Shown here: one piece after another, positions 40,410 to 54,650 of the stretch
How positions within the stretch are numbered: the first letter of the stretch is position 1
Layout: each line of letters opens with the position of its first letter
DNA from: Octopus sinensis
Taxonomy: Eukaryota
Direction: 5' to 3'
DNA: 64,000 nucleotides
Assembly (NCBI RefSeq): GCF_006345805.1
Contig: NC_042997.1
Coordinates: forward strand, 118,792,001-118,856,000
The notes under the pieces: generated by a model
What the model was told of the DNA's origin: nothing
The model's database searches: none
What the model saw: the letters and a program-made list of their open reading frames with translations, nothing else
Program-made: the position numbers and the translations under genes

Positions 40410-41350
40410 TTGGGGGATAAACTTTCAACATAAGTAATAAACACACATTAATTTATTTCGTTGCCATAGGTGCAGATCACAGCTGTTTAGAGATAGTGAG
40501 CTTTTTAAACGTCGCAGTATCTTTTTAATAAAAAGTTCGGATGGAATTTGATGCCGCAAGTGACAATGCTCCATCTACATCATTAAAATAACTCTTTAAG
40601 GTGGTACGCTGTAAGGGCACTAAAATTAATCAGCACGATTGTAGAAAAATCAATCGGAACCATCACGAAAACTCTACAAGTGTACGACAGATCTTTCAGA
40701 ACAGTGCTGTATGAGAACTTTCGATGCAAGCCGTATATACCGAGAGAAAGGTTAATTCATATAAACAAAGAGACAAAAAGCTCGCCCGATCCACATCAAG
40801 CGGTTACTTAACAAGGTTAAAAGACTTTACCAACATGGCATGATTCGGTTATTCTCTGGTGAAAGAAACTTTGACTAAGAATAAAATCTAAAAGATGAAA
40901 TTATAGCTGGTTGTGTACAGATCTTCCTGGTGTCTCTTGTGTGATGCAAATTATGTTTTCAGTAACTATGGTGGTTTGAGGAGTGTTCAGTAACGAAGAT
41001 CATACGATACTAGCATCTTTGCACAAGCTTTTAGAACCAATGCTGCTGGATACGTTGAGGTGTGGCAGTCAGTTGTAGGAATATGCATCAATGAATTAGG
41101 TGGTAGGAGGTTACACGTCTTTCCACAAAACTCAGCTCTGTTTCACGTAGCACATGTAACCCAAGAATAGTTGTCCGCCAATATTTACGAGATCATGTAA
41201 CACCGAACTAGTGGCCCTCAAACTGGCTAATTTGAATCGCTTGGACTAGTATGAATGAAACGTTGCGGAAAGGGAGACAAATCGACATTCTCACAATATC
41301 ATAGTTCACTGAAGGCCGCAATTTTTTAGGAGAAGACAAAAATGAATAAA
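40410..41350 (+). mobile_element. Very decayed DD37D/maT-like remnant
   Basis: Residual similarity to 24200..25065: ttctctggtgaaagaaacttt (FSDEK-like) and tggccctcaaac...gaatcgcttggactag (WPxxSPDLNPLDY-like). Confidence 0.5.
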
Positions 41351-42919
41351 TATCAAGTATGACAAGAATCCAACGTTAAAGTATCAACAAAGCTAAACCC
41401 AGATTCATAGAATAATTGCATGAGAAAATTAATTGAGAACATCTTTACTGTATGTTGTGAAGGTGCAGAGCATGTGTTTTCTTCGCAAATTTTCAAGACA
41501 AATCCAAATATTTTCTTAGATCTGACGAGGCAAGATACAGCAAAAATGGCAAATACAATCAAATCCAAAATATAAAGAAAAAGAATTAGCATTTATGGAC
41601 AAAAACAAAAACAAAAACAAAGTCTTTTAAAATAAATACTGAGGTCCGTTGTTCGATTAAACCTATACGGCACTGCTCCAGCATGGCTGCAGTACAGTGA
41701 GTTAAACAAGTAAAAAATAAAATAAAATAAGCAAAACTGACAAATGGGAAGATTAAGTTAATGTATTATGCTATGAAGTGTAAGCGATGTTGACTTCGTT
41801 ATAAACTTTACTCAATATCAAACATGAAGCCTGAGAGGATATTGTACAATTATCTTTAATACTAAGTATGTGAAAGTGACGTAGCAATGATAATCTAGCA
41901 AAGGCCTGCCAAGAATGACAAGAAGATCAAATCGTATAGTTCTGATATCATTACGAATGACAGGAATGAAAATCTCTATATTCTGATAGACATCTCGATA
42001 TTCTCTGACCAAAGCATTGGACAAAAATTAGTTGAAAAATTATTAAAGTAAACACGACTCAGAATAGAAACAAACAAGGTGTAGCATATGTACAGGTAAA
42101 AAAAAAGTTCGCAACAATAATTGATATGTTGGTGATTAAGAAAAATATGAGGAATACATCAGAGTATAATACAGACTTGTTAGAAATGTTTATGAAATAT
42201 TAGTTGCTTCAAAGTTTGACACAAGGTCTGATATTTTAGAAGGAGACAGCAAGTCTCCTTCTAAAATACATATTTTGTCGACTTTGAAAGGTTAAACAGC
42301 AAAGTCGATCTGGCTAACATTTGAACTCAGAACGAAATGGTCCGGAAGTATTTATTAAATAATAATATAAACATTGACCTAACACTTAAAGTAGGCTTCC
42401 TTACAATTTTAAATTGATAGGTAGCAATGTATCAGTTTTGCTAGAGATGCCTGAATCGAATAGTAGATATTACGGGAGACTAAAAGAAATAATAAACGTA
42501 ATGTCGTACGTGAAAATAAACCTCAAGAAAACTTAATAAAAATATATAAATTATATATACAGTAAAGAGCCGTCATCTGCTACTAAATTTTCTATTATAA
42601 AATATCTAATGAAGGAGAGAACATGTGTAGTAATGAATAAATAAAAACGAATGTAAAAGACTGCAAAATAGGGACAAAAATAATAAACTGATTACTGTCA
42701 TCAAAGAAGCCAACAAAAAATATAGGAGGCTGAGATAACAGGCATCGAGGAAACGGAGTGGGGTGGTAGGCAACAGAGTATAATTAAACAAACTTAGCAG
42801 AATATGGGATTGCAAAATGCGCTAATACGTAGACATTATCGGTAAACAGAGAAATGAATAAATATAAAAACAAATACATCATGGTGACTAAAATCTTTCA
42901 AGCAGAACTTAAACATAGA

Positions 42920-44250
42920 ATGTATGTCACTATTTTGTTTTATTCCAAGATTTCTTGCCAATAGAGAAGGAGCCGGTTTCTAACCTAGATCCAAGTCTCC
43001 TTCATTGAAATTTCAACATAAAAAGGGTATCTTTGTATGTATGAATGTATGTCATTATTTTGTTTTATTTCAAGATTTCTTGCCAATAGATAAAAGTCCG
43101 GTTTTTAACCTAGATCCAGGGCTCCTTCATTGGAATTTCAACATCACTAATAGGGTAGGATCTTTTTGGTTTGAAAGGCATTTTTTTCTAGCGGTGTCAT
43201 ATGAAATTGTCACCCATAATTATGACCCTACTGTCGATCTATTGCATTTCAATCTATTTTAGGGTTAGGGTTAGGGGTGGGGGAAAGGGTATCTTTTTTC
43301 TTCACAAATGTAAATAAACCCAATCTGTTTCTTAAACGAGGTACGTATTCATACGGCACAGAATGTTTTTTACCTCAATGGACGTAATTGATTGGTTGAA
43401 ATTGCAGAACTTGAAGAAAAAACACAACAAATATCTTACAAACTATAGACTTTTCTCAATAAAGCCAAGAGAAAAAGATGTTTTATAAACACATTCTACC
43501 AGTATAGGAAGTTTAAAATGTTTTAGTTACCTAGAAATTATGTTAAAAACTGCCGTTCAAACCGAAAAGATCCATGGGGTATTTTTGTATGTATGTGCAG
43601 ATCTGTATGTTTATGTATGTATTATCATGCATGTAGTTGCATATCTAGACATGAATATATATATATATATGTATGTATGATTGTATGTATGTTTGTATAT
43701 GTCCAAATTTGTACGTTTTACTTTATGCATGTATTGTCATGCATATAGTTGTATGTCTAGACATGCTCATCTATACTTAAATGATAAATGGAAAGTTTTA
43801 CAGATTTTTATAGTTCCAGTGATGGTTTGGATCTAGTCTTCGAATCATTTTTCTCATTCCTTGTTTTGAGAAGCTTAATTCCTCAAGATACCAGTGCCAC
43901 AATGTTTACAGGTATAAACCTGAACTTGAAATTTGGAATTAGGAACTGCAGATTTTTCCATAGTTCTGCATATTTTCTTTTTCGCTGATCTTTAGACATA
44001 TGTTACCATCAGCTGGGCAGCTGATTACCACAACTGGGCATATTTTCTCTTCTCTATCTCAAAATACGAAATCAGGACTATTTTGTATATATTATGTTGA
44101 TGTTTTCACTGGGTTATCCCATCAGTACTCCATTTTATTATGGGTGGCTATGGGGTCTACCACATTCTAATTTTTATTTCTTAGACCTCGGGGTTATCCT
44201 TCCGACAAATCTCGTTATACGGTGTCCTAGCTACAACATCATGCCTCATC
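42920..44250 (-). mobile_element. 3' remnant of an R4/Dong-type LINE (restriction-like endonuclease plus 3' UTR with duplicated end)
   Basis: Minus-strand translation near 43960..44140 gives WDNPV..NSPDFVF.DREEKICPVVVISCPADGNI..KISEK (PD..D/ExK RLE pattern). A tandem ~125-bp tail lies at 42920..43157, interrupted by the MITE. Confidence 0.6.
43158..43573. mobile_element. MITE with GGATC-ended ~29-bp TIRs, imperfect 8-bp TSD and internal TTAGGG repeats
   Basis: TIRs ggatctttttggtttgaaaggcattttt / aaaaactgccgttcaaaccgaaaagatcc; flanks atagggta / atggggta; (TTAGGG)3 at about 43259. Confidence 0.8.
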
Positions 44251-44312
44251 AGTAGATATGTATGTATGTATGTTTACATGTATATGCACATATATATATG
44301 TATATATATATG

Positions 44313-44344
<32 letters not shown>

Positions 44345-44753
44345 ATTATATATATATATATATATATACTTTATAATAAGATTTACTTTACCACATACCG
44401 AAGTTTAGAAATAGCAGTCAAAGAAAATTAGCTATTTCCTCTACTTTAAAAAGACTCCCGGAAAAAAAACAAATTACTCGAAAACAATCCACGAAGGCAG
44501 AGAGGAAAAATAAGGAAATCAATCGATACTAGATTACCCTTGTACGAGTTTCGGAATTCGATCGGTATAAAGAATGTGTAATTAATACTTTACCCGAACA
44601 TTTTCTTCATCTGCATGGGACTTCACATGCTGATATATATATATATATATTGCTCGCTTAGCCAGCGGGATGGCGTCATTTGAAGGCTAAAACAATGCGA
44701 AGCGCATTGTGACCAGCGATGTGTAACAACATCTGATACCCTGGTCGGTCACG

Positions 44754-44836
<83 letters not shown>

Positions 44837-44898
44837 GTATATATATACATGTATGTATGTATGTATACATACATACATGTATATATATATACATATAT

Positions 44899-44948
<50 letters not shown>

Positions 44949-44995
44949 ATATATGTATATATATACATTTATGTATGTATGTATACATACATACA

Positions 44996-45230
44996 TGTGG
45001 CTTAGTGGTTAGGGTGTCAGTACCATGATCGTAAGATTGTGGTTTCGATTCCTAGACCGGGCGACGAGTGTTCGTGAGCGAAACACTGCATTTCAGGGTT
45101 GCTCCAGTCCACTCAGGTGGCAAAAATGAGTAACGCTGCGATGGACTGGTGTCCCCTCCAGCTGGAGAAAACATAGGCCATAGAAACCGAGAGACCGGGT
45201 CCATGAACCTGGCTAGGCTTTAAAAGGGGC
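44996..45230 (+). mobile_element. tRNA-derived SINE family C
   Basis: A-box TGGCTTAGTGG and B-box GTTTCGATTCC; a similar head is at 63336. Confidence 0.75.
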
Positions 45231-45726
45231 GAGAGAAAACACAAGAAATATATCGCCTAGGGTAATATATTAGTTTTACCCTTGCAACTAGTGTAATTCA
45301 TTGAAAATCATGTAGAAGGAGTAACAGATTAAATACATGTTAATGTTTCGAACTGAGATAAAAAACGTAGTTTTCAATTGTATGAGTATCAAAATATTAA
45401 AATAAACACGAACTTTCAAAGCTATAGATCTTCTGCCTTTCTGTGACTACTTAGTATATAGAATCCATAACAGTACATAATATGTCTTCGAAATGTATTA
45501 AATTATAGCAGTCAATGAAGAAAATATTTTGAAAATGAACTAGAAATCATTGCAGAAAAGTATTTGCAATTAATATGATTATAAATTTAACTTGAAAAAC
45601 ATATGGTGCTATGTTTACGTGGAATTTGTAAATGTTGTATCATAACTGGAGAATACTTTTTATTTGGAAAAAAGTATGAAGTGTCTTAAAATATTTCTTT
45701 TTAATGTATGATTTTGTAATGAAAAA

Positions 45727-46127
45727 TATTTTCTACTCTAGGCACAAGGTTCGTCGAACTTTTTGGGTAGGTAGCCAGTCGATTAGATCGACTCCAGTAC
45801 GCAATTGGTACTTAATTTATCGACCCCGAAATGATGCACGGCAAAGCTGACCTCGGCGGAATGTGAACTGAGAACGTAAGGACGGACGAAGTACCTATTC
45901 CTTTACTACCAACAAGAGGCTAAACACAGAGAGGACAAACAAGGACAGACAAACGGATTAAGCGAGTACATCGACCCCAGTGCGTAACTGGCACTTATAT
46001 AATCGACCCCGAAAGGATGAAAGGCAAAGTCGACCTCGGTAGAATTTGAACTCACAACATAACGCCAGACGAAATACTGCTAGGCATTTGGCCCGGCCTG
46101 CTAACCTTTCTGCTAGTTCGCCGCCTT
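45727..46127 (-). mobile_element. SINE family B, dimeric
   Basis: Colinear with 12358..12753. Confidence 0.85.
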
Positions 46128-47970
46128 GATTTTGCAAGGAATATTACAGGGAAACTTGAGGCGTCGAGTTTGTAGGATCGTTAGCATGCAGAGTGAAATT
46201 CTTTGCACCATTTTATGCGTGTTTAACATGTGAGTTCAAATTCCGCTTATGTCGACTTTGCTATTCATCCTTGCGTGGTCTATAAAAGAAGTATCAGTCG
46301 AGTATTGGTGTCTATATAATTGAATATCCACCCCCACTTCCTCGAACCTATTTTCCTTGTGCCAAATTTGAAATGGATATTATTGGGAGAGTGAGATGCC
46401 AATAGCAGAGAAATGCTTCACGTCATTCTAACATAATGAGAATACATTAGACGATAAATATTAAAAATCGATGAGGACTCCTACTTTAATAATCAAGGTT
46501 TGATTATTTTTAGGTTGAAGGAAAGAAGAAACTAGGTTTCATTCTTCAACAGTATGCTTAGCTTTGAACGTTTTCAATTAAGCTTCCGCCTGATCGTGAA
46601 TTCCAGTAAATTTAACTATATTTCTATTTCTCGCATGATCAGCATTAAGTTACCAAATGACTTTTTAATTAAGAAAGATTACATAAATATCATGTCGATG
46701 TATCGATTAATAGTGAGACACTGAAAGCATATGTCAGGAATTATTTTAGGTAGCTTCTTAACAACTTAGTAAACGTAAAGTGTTTAACGATCTAAACCAA
46801 AGAACACTGCTGATGCTTACTCCAACACAACGTACTATGTGCAGACCAATACTTTAACACGGTTCACATCTGGTCCACATATTTATGATGTATTAACTAT
46901 AAATGTATTGAAATTCTATTTTCAAACAACTTTCAAAATTATATCAGCAGTTTATCAATTACTAATTACGGTATTCTGTGCTTAAATGCGCAGCCATGGT
47001 TGTATGATGAATTTACATTTCCAACTCTGTGTTTTCGGGTTCAGTCCCACTTCACCTCAACTTGGGGACGTGTCTTCTATTCTAGTATACTCCCATGTAA
47101 TTAAATTTGATAGATAGAAACTGCGTGGAAGTCTCTCGTATGTGCGTCTATATAAATATGATGTGTGTGTGTGTCTGATAGTGTTAGTCTGCGTATACAG
47201 TACCTTTATGTTGACGTTTGTCGTCCCAGTGCTTGACTAAAGGCATTGAATTGTTTACGTTCTGTAAGAGTCTTGTTCTTTCAACAGATATGTACGATAA
47301 TCTTTAAAGCCAGCATCACGATAAAATACATGTATACAGGAAAACTGATATAATTATCTATCTGGCACCAATGTGTTTTTCTCAATTCTTATCGAATCCA
47401 CTGAAAAGCCTCTGACGAATCCGTCGCCATAACTATCTCATCCTTTTTTGCAAAGTATCACTTCCAAAATCCAGCTATATAAATTTCTCTTAATCCACAT
47501 CCCGCAGAATGGCCATTCACTTTATTCACATGGAATTTTTCCTGCAAACAAAGCTTCAAGATTAGGATGGCCTTCTCTTTTCATGACACCATTTAAAAAA
47601 TGTACCGTAAACAAATAAAATATAAAGCAAAAAGAAGCTTGCTAAAAGCCTTACAATATCCTTCGCTTCACTTAATATACCCCTATAAATTTATTTTTGG
47701 AGATACCTACTTCCCTTCGTTTATTAAAACTTGTATATTTTTTCTTCATAATATTAGCATTAAATATAAAACGAAACTAAAATTTAAATCACGGCAGTTT
47801 TAATATTTGGTCAAAATTCAGAATCGAAATAACATTAAGGTATATAATATTAAGGTGAGAGATATAGTTTCTAATTCTTCAATAACAACACTGAAAACTT
47901 GAGGAAGTATTTATTTCATTATGTTGTAAGTATATGTATATATAAAAGTTGTCAGATGTATATATCTATC

Positions 47971-48021
<51 letters not shown>

Positions 48022-48493
48022 TTAGAGATAAAACCACTATTAGGCAAAGCAAACAGTGAAAAACATAAACCAAAACATAGAAATAAAATTAATTAATTAA
48101 TAATAACAATAATATAATATATTATACAAAATAAATAAAATATAAAATTCAAATTTAAATTATTTAAATTTAAAGTTAAAAATTTAAAAAATATTCAAAT
48201 TATTAATTTATACTTATAAATTTTTATATAAATATATGTAAATATTTTTAATTATTTTTTTTTTTTATTTTAATTTTTTATTTATTTAATTATATATTTA
48301 TTAATGTTTTTATTTTTTAGTTATTTATTTATTTATTTAAAAAATTTTATTTTATATATTATATTAAATATATATAACTATCAAAAAGTATTAAAAAGTT
48401 CAATATAAGATAAAAAGTAAAACCACTACGATCGTTTCATGCCCACAACCCAATTCGAATAACAATAATTTAAATTCAAATAATAATTCGAAG

Positions 48494-48534
<41 letters not shown>

Positions 48535-48537
<3 letters not shown>

Positions 48538-48890
48538 TACAAAATTAGAAAATGGAGAAACATACTTAAATCAATAAAATATCAACTAACAGATGATACC
48601 CAATCAATACTTTATTACACCATTACATATCAGTAAAGGCATTATACAAAATATATAGTAAATATAAGTAGACAAGGAAATAGAAATATAAAATATAAAA
48701 TAAAATATTTTATTTTATATTTTATTTTATATTTTATATTTCTATTTCCTTGTCTATTTATACTTACTATATATTTTGTATAATGCCTTTACTGATATGT
48801 AATGGTGTAATAAAGTATTGATTGGGTATCATCTGTTAGTTGATGTTTTATTGATTTAAGTATGTTTCTCCATTTTCTAATTTTGTAGTA
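48535..48890. repeat. ~355-bp near-perfect palindrome
   Basis: tactacaaaattagaaaatggagaaac... is mirrored by ...gtttctccattttctaattttgtagta, with an AT-only centre. Confidence 0.92.
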
Positions 48891-49060
48891 TTAATTTACG
48901 GTAATATTATTACCTTTGCCCATATAATACAATAGATGAACTAATTGCTTGGCAATTTTTAACATCTATGTATTAGTCTTGTTGGGTACCTATCTAGCAG
49001 TATATTGGATATATGTTATCCCATGGTGGGTTGAATTTTTCAACCCCTATCTCATTTTAT

Positions 49061-49112
<52 letters not shown>

Positions 49113-49120
49113 ATATATAT

Positions 49121-49500
49121 AAAGAGACAAAATTCCTGCAAAAGTTCAATTTGACAACTCTACCAGAGTCGACGAAAGCGCTTATATATGATATATGATT
49201 TATAAATACATGTAACATATTAATAAATATCTGAAGTGGTACTCCAAAATATATTTACAGATATTTATTAGTATGTTACATGTTTTTATAAATCATATAT
49301 CATATATATAAGCGCTTTCGTCGACTCTGGTGGAGTTGTCAAATTGAACTTTTGCAGGAATATTGTCTCTTTTTATGAAACAAAATTCCTGCAAAGGTTC
49401 AATTTGAAAACTCTACCGGAGTGGACGAAAGCGCTAATATATATATGATATATGATTTATAAAAACATGTAACATACTAATAAATATCTGTAAATATAAA
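49121..49500. repeat. Three ~120-bp units in forward/reverse/forward order with an HHR-like motif
   Basis: caaaattcctgcaaaagttcaat-TTGA(C/A)AA-ctctacc(a/g)gag t(c/g)gac-GAAA-gcgc-T(T)A occurs at 49121, inverted at about 49256..49372, and again at 49375. Confidence 0.85.
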
Positions 49501-49570
49501 ACCATCCAGATTTTTGAGTACCTCATTTCTTCTAATTTATAAAACCTGTACATCAACTCCAAACCTTCTA

Positions 49571-49657
<87 letters not shown>

Positions 49658-52600
49658 CATGCGCGTGTGCCTGTTATTCTTGTTTATATTGTAGCACATT
49701 TGTGTATGCCTAAGTATGAATCTCAAATGTTGATGTCTTTGGGGAGTGATGAGAATTTCCTCTAAAATACACAACTTCTATATAATCGTTTGTTGACGTT
49801 TTTAGAATAAATCTAATGGCATTTGCCAGCGGAGGTTACATATACATTGTTTTTAATAATAAGGTACTGTCCATGAGAATGACGATCCTTGCAAATAAGT
49901 TATTATGGTATGCATTGTCATTTAGCACTAGCAGGAAGTGTTACATTTTAAAATCATTACTTTAATTCATAACTACTTTGATGTATTGTGATTTTATTAG
50001 TATTTCAATAGAGCGAAATGAATGAAATGAATAGGAGGAAACTTTCATTTAAAGGCAAGTTTCAATATTTTACAAAACAGGAATAACGACGATAATGTGA
50101 CTTTTTCGTTGAATGCCGACCGTAAAAAGAATTCAAATTTTATAACATTAAGCTCATACGCAATTATGCGGCTAAAAATTCCATTCTCAGCCACAGAGTT
50201 TCCAGGTTCGACTCTACTGCGTGCTACGTTGGATCGTTCAGAAAATGTCTGGTGCAATGTGAATATTGTAAATGAATAGTGACAGAAATTGCTCAATAGC
50301 CTGTCTGGTGGCCTGCATGTGTTTGTGAGTGGTAGATTTTCTTTCACCCTGCGCAATATCGAATCCTTTAAAATGCTGTGTATAGCGAAGCGCGTTCCCT
50401 TGTGCAGATTTTTATAATCATTTTGATCGGGAGGAAATGAGAATAACCAAGACATAAGCCAGTTTCAAACGTGCACAGTTTTTTCTCTGAAATAATAAAA
50501 GTAGCCTCGGCTTTTGATACGGATCAGCGAACAAGTGCTTCGTCTCTTCTTATATTCATTAGACCGGCGTGTCTCTGGTTGACAAAACGCAATGATGTCG
50601 AAACTGCATGTTTCAGAGACCCTCGCGCTAATGATTCGATTGTATTATGAGCATATATTTATCATAAATCTAGGTGTTGTTCTCCTGTGAGGAAACACAG
50701 CACCAATTAACATATTCTCATTCGAATCTATTGGAACGTTTTAAGAATATATATACAAATCCTCGTATATTCTAGGAAAAATTATAATATCGGGCTTTGT
50801 GAAATTGAACCTATTTTAGCTTAGTAGCATATTCCATTTGCTTGAGATGAAAAATCAATATACAAATACAAACAGCCCACAGCTAAATATATTTCATTTC
50901 TTAAATCATGGGAGAAAATAATAAATAAAGCATTGTTGATTCAGTCAAAATTAATTTGAGTGTTAGATATTTTCATACTTGAATATGTCCAGTCTTTGAA
51001 ATATTCAGATTAGATAAGAATATGAAAAGATGAAATTGCCGTTAGTTTCTTTACAGAGCATAGATTCCTGCTAAATGAACAAAAGTATTTACGTTACGAG
51101 CATATTGATATTTCATGCAAGTGTCAGTTCATTAAACTCTGTTGATATAAAAACTTGTAAATAATTTGATGCAAATTTGATGAACATTTTCAACATCATT
51201 ATCATCATTAGCATCCTCATCATTATCGTCATCGTCTTCGTAATTTTTATTGTTATTGCTATTGCCGTCGTCATAGTTTGTGTTGTTGCTGTCATTGCTT
51301 TATCAATGTTTTCATAAACTGATTTATTTAGGAGAGATTTTATCCCATGTTTCGGTGATGACAATTTTTAACAATCACATTTCAGTTAGTTATAGAATAA
51401 ATATAAATTCGTGTCTCAATTCTAATATCTTTGAACCCAGTGCACAAATTACCATGGAAACCGTTTTTACACTTGGAATCTTCATTTATCTTAATAGATT
51501 CTGATTTTATTTCCAGATTTTCGGATTTCTTTATCCATTACCTATTCAAAAGGAATAAACAACATTAAAAAAATCAGACATCTTTTTTCGGTTTGTCACT
51601 ATGGAGAAACAATATAAATCCGGTATTTATCATTCACCCCGATAGACTCTTTCTGAGGGTCATACAGCTATGTCCCCTTTAAAATTTGCATACATGTCTA
51701 GCTATCATGTTAATGGATTGTACTAACGACATAACATTATTGCGTTTATAAACGTGGTACTAGCTCCTCTCAAAATCTCCTGGCCCTCTGTCCAATAATT
51801 TGACACCATTATTTCATCTATTGTTCCTTGCAGCATAAAAAATTAAACGATAATATAAACACATAGAGCCGGTTTCCAGTCTAAACTGGCATATACATTT
51901 CCCAAACACTAAGCAGATCGCCTTTCTGCCAGAGGTTTATTTGTTTAAGCCATCTGAATGAACTGGATCAAATAAACTGAAATCAAGTGAAATGAAGTGT
52001 TTTACTCAAAAAGTAAAAAAGGCGTCACTAGTTCCAGGAATTGAAATCACAATCTTACGATTATGAATCCACCATCCTAACAATTAAGCTATACACGTTC
52101 ACTCTTTGTCTTTGCACGCTGAATGACATTTAACAACCTTTCTTTTGATGAAATACGTTTTAAGAAATTGTTTCTGCGCGATCGTATCAATTCACTTTTA
52201 AGTGCAAAATTCCGTCTCTCAGCTTCAACCAATGTTCTTCATTTTCCCTTTCTTGTATGTATTGGCCTTGTAACTCTTTCTCTTCCCAGTTATATCATCT
52301 GTCGTTCTTCATTGCATTTAAAAAAAAAATATTTTCTTCAATAACAGCGCATTCACATTTAACAAACCTCCACCTTTCTCGGTAAACAGAACCACTCGAT
52401 ATTAAATTTCGGATGTGTGCGATACAGATGGTGAGCAGCCTCCTAGTTGTTTTAACTAATTCACATATTCTATCTTTGTCAGTTTAAAGAAAGGGGCAGA
52501 ATATTATCTTAACGTTAGTATAACCTAAATATCGATTACCTTCCAGATGTTGGCTTCTTAAATAAACACAAAACTTCAAAACTGATCGAACGAAACTGGC

Positions 52601-52739
52601 TAATATCGATCTCAGTATTTCACTCGTACTTTATTCTATCGACTCCAAAATGTTGAGAGGCTAAATGACCGACATTAGAGGGATATAAATTCACAACCTA
52701 ATGAGCCGGTTCTACCAACAATACTTCCTCCACTTATTT

Positions 52740-54650
52740 TTGTTTTACTTAGCTTCTTATCTCTGCTCTTTACCTCCTGGAGACTTTTATTTTCTTTCTC
52801 CATAATTTTATCATCATGTAGGGTACTTAAGCATTTGTATCTTCCACAGACTTTAATAGTATTGTCGTTTAGTATTTTTATCCAACCACGTTTAATCTTT
52901 CGATTTCAATTCATGATTTATTCTGACCAATCATTGAATCTAATCTGACTACTAATAACCTTGAAACTCTTTCTCTTTCCAGTTTGAACAAGAGATTAAT
53001 CATCATCTACATGGATGATATATAATTTAATATCATTCATATATAGCAGATAATGTATTGTGTCACCGTTCTTAGAAAGATTACTTGCAGTATGTCGATT
53101 TTTCGCAACCAGCCTGCCGAAGATATTAATGCCATTACGATTCTTAAGGAGAGGGCGGATGTCCCTGCAATATTCTTCTCCGGATATTCACATTTCATAG
53201 AAGTCCACTTCCCCTTTTTAGTTCTTCTTGCCACAATGCTATCACATTTTTCCTAAAGCAAAAAGCATGCTTATCCTCTCACGGGCACAGGAATACATAA
53301 ATAGTTCGGAAATGGAATCTGTGGTTCACTACCGCGTACTTTTTGTAGTAAATCCACCTATTAGCTAAGCTATTCATCCTTATTCTAACCACACCTAGTA
53401 ATGTTCTATGAATAAAAAATACGTCAGTGTTCCGCTTCGTTTTGCAGCACTCAGGTTGCCCTTCTTCAATACTTTCCCTTTCAGAAAGCTATGTAATCTT
53501 AATATGAGACCAATTTGCAATAGTAAGCATATATACAAGTACAATGACTCTCTTCCTCCCCTTTTCGTTATCCTTCATTGTCCTTCGTTTCGTCATCCAT
53601 ATTAGTATTCCATTTTCTACACAGTCCGTAAGAAGTAATTGTATATAACTGTGTGCAGCATTCAAACCTGAATTCCTGGATATTACATGGTCAAGGTTTC
53701 CAGTATCATACACTTTCAAGCATCTTTTCATTTTCCCTCACATTTTCTCAAAGCAAGAGAACATTTACATTCTCTCGCGTTGACCTATTTTTCGTTACAC
53801 TTTTAAACTCCCGTAGCCAATGAGTTTCACAACGGTTTTGGTCCTGCAAACTCATAATTTCTGATCAAAAGTTCGTTGCTAAGCACGCGTTTGGTATTTT
53901 ACTCTCTTGATATCCTTCTTCATTATTGATCCGCTGTAGAAATCCTTTCCATTGTTTTCTAATCTAATTGTTCTGTTGATTCCTATTCATTCGTTTGTAT
54001 CTAGTATGTTTAACGGACTTTGCTTTGTTATTTTTTTCTTATCTCAGCATTATTTTGGCTGCCGTTAAACCCTCTGTGTCTAATAGTGCTCTTTCTTTGA
54101 AACGCATTCTCATGGCTTTCCCTCACCGCCCTCGTTTTCATTTATAACTTTTTTCCTTCCATGATTATTTTTTGATCCGCTTAATTTAATTTCTCAAGAC
54201 CCCTTTTCCACCATGGGTTTTAAATATTTTTTTCAGCTCTACATTTAATTTCAAAATTTTATTCGGTAACAAAGGCTACACAGTATATGAAGTCATTAAT
54301 ATCTGTTATTTTCTCAACTTTGATTTTAGCTGAAAGTTTATCCTCTTTCGGTATTGATTTTCGGAAATTTTCATTTCCAATTCCTGTCAAAGCTGATAAT
54401 TTCGTTTCATCCGTATTTCCTGTCTAATTCAAACATTGAAGTAATCTCCTTTATTCTTTACAGATATCCTTTCCCTTCACAAGGGAAAACTATTTTCAAC
54501 TTCACTACTACTTCTTTCTTCCTGTTAATTCACTGATATTTTTTTGTCAGTTCTTGTTAACTTCCTCGCCTACGTGATCAGTTTCTTTATCCTGCATTAT
54601 TCTGACGATCGCTTCCAGCTACAACTGAGATAAATACGATTTTCGCATCG
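52740..54650 (-). mobile_element. Ancient R4/Dong-like LINE RT remnant
   Basis: Ordered decayed motifs on the minus strand: WIYYKKYA (WIDYKKAY-like, ~53340), ILQGHPPSP (GIFQGDSLSP-like, ~53160) and HVDD (~53005). Confidence 0.5.

Noticed and set aside
43259-43283. Telomere
   Set aside because: Only three TTAGGG units, internal to a MITE.
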